DNA from: Octopus sinensis
Taxonomy: Eukaryota
Direction of reading: 5' to 3'
DNA: 64,000 nt
NCBI RefSeq assembly: GCF_006345805.1
Contig: NC_042997.1
Coordinates: 100,006,001 to 100,070,000, forward strand
Both the position numbers and the translations under genes were made by a program. The notes beneath the pieces are model-generated. The model was not told where the DNA came from. It ran no database searches and was given only the letters and a program-made list of their open reading frames with translations. This document shows positions 63,027-64,000 of the stretch, one piece after another (within the stretch, counting starts at the first letter, position 1; each line of letters opens with the position of its first letter).

Positions 63027-63850
63027 TATGTGTGTTTGTGTAACTGACCTATTAACAGCGTAAGCATGGAACAAATACATTTTGGGCACAAAAGGTATCT
63101 TGTGTTCTTGCTGTCCATTGCTGAGGCTATATTTCATCTGATGATATTTACTGTGTTTTTAACACAGCATGTCTATAACAGATGCTATCTCAGGATATAT
63201 GCTAGCATGGGTTGGAGAGTTTGACAGGAGCTGGCAAGTTAGAGAGCTGCACCAGGCTTCATTATCTGCTTTGATGTGGTTTCTACAGCTGGAATCTCTT
63301 CCTAACACCAACCACTTTACAGAGTGTACTTGTTGCTTTTAACGTTGACACCAGCACTGGTGCATTTTACATGGCACTATTACCAGTGCAAGTAACATGC
63401 AAGACAAAGACATATCAGCTGGGAGAGGGAGTAGTACTGAAGAGAAGTGGCTTTGTACCAGTTAAGAGGTTAGAGTATAAAAGAGATAGAAATAGATATC
63501 TTACTATAGAGGAGATACTTGGCTACCCTAGAAGAAAAAGAGAGACAGTCAGAGAGAGAGAGAAAAATAGTGTTGGAAATGCATCAGGACATACCTACAG
63601 GGAGCAGTGGCAGGAATATAAGTGGTACAGAGAGAAGAAAGGGGAATGTTTCATAAGAGTGTGAGGGGAGATGTTTAGAGATGGGGAAGACATGACTGTA
63701 GCAAGTGATGGTGAGAGAAATTGGAATGGCTGGTGGGGGAGGATATGGTAGATATGTGAGGGCATGGAGAGTGTGGATAGACCTTTTGTGCCCAAAATGT
63801 ATTTGTTCCATGCTTACTCTGTTAATAGGTCAGTTACACAAACACACATA
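63027..63850. repeat. 70-bp inverted repeat (63027-63096 / 63781-63850) bracketing an RTE-tailed minus-strand fragment
   Basis: Arms differ at one position (ACAGCGTAAG vs ACAGAGTAAG). The spacer holds an RTE-type tail at ~63195-63370 and a purine-rich segment up to 63780. Confidence 0.9.
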
Positions 63851-64000
63851 GGCCAGAGTGGTGATCATAGGTGGTACGATGAAGGGATACTGGGAAGATG
63901 GGTAGACAGAAGGAGCTAACAGTGTATATACATTGAGTATAATACATAGCTGGCTATTTTAATTTGATACTGCCTCAGTTGTGCATACACAAATGTCTAT

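Overview
Eukaryotic, AT-rich, repeat-dense genomic DNA with one 100-N assembly gap (28096-28195). The SINE families and giant TA/TG microsatellites point to a coleoid cephalopod, probably Octopus; this is inferred from recalled repeat families, not from a search. I recognise no complete host protein-coding gene. Most ORF-track entries are microsatellite translations or transposon fragments. Supported content: (1) degenerate retroelements: RTE, CR1/L2, a near full-length CRE-type RLE element, Ty3/Gypsy and a Penelope RT/GIY-YIG fragment; (2) DNA transposons and MITEs: mariner DD34D-type, DD37D/maT, Tc2-like, hAT with an 8-bp TSD, piggyBac-type with TTAA, Helitrons and a foldback element; (3) several tRNA-derived or RTE-tailed SINE families; (4) a decayed 5S rRNA copy; (5) scattered candidate exons and microexons of low confidence. 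The most interesting observations are a tRNA-headed short element carrying a Penelope-type minimal hammerhead motif (three copies, two in inverted arrangement, one fused to a Penelope ORF), a 5S rRNA/SINE-tail chimera, a ~400-bp direct duplication flanking an RTE-tailed insertion, and a Helitron whose empty site is preserved in a paralogous repeat arm. Identities are estimated by eye, and SINE and relic boundaries are approximate.
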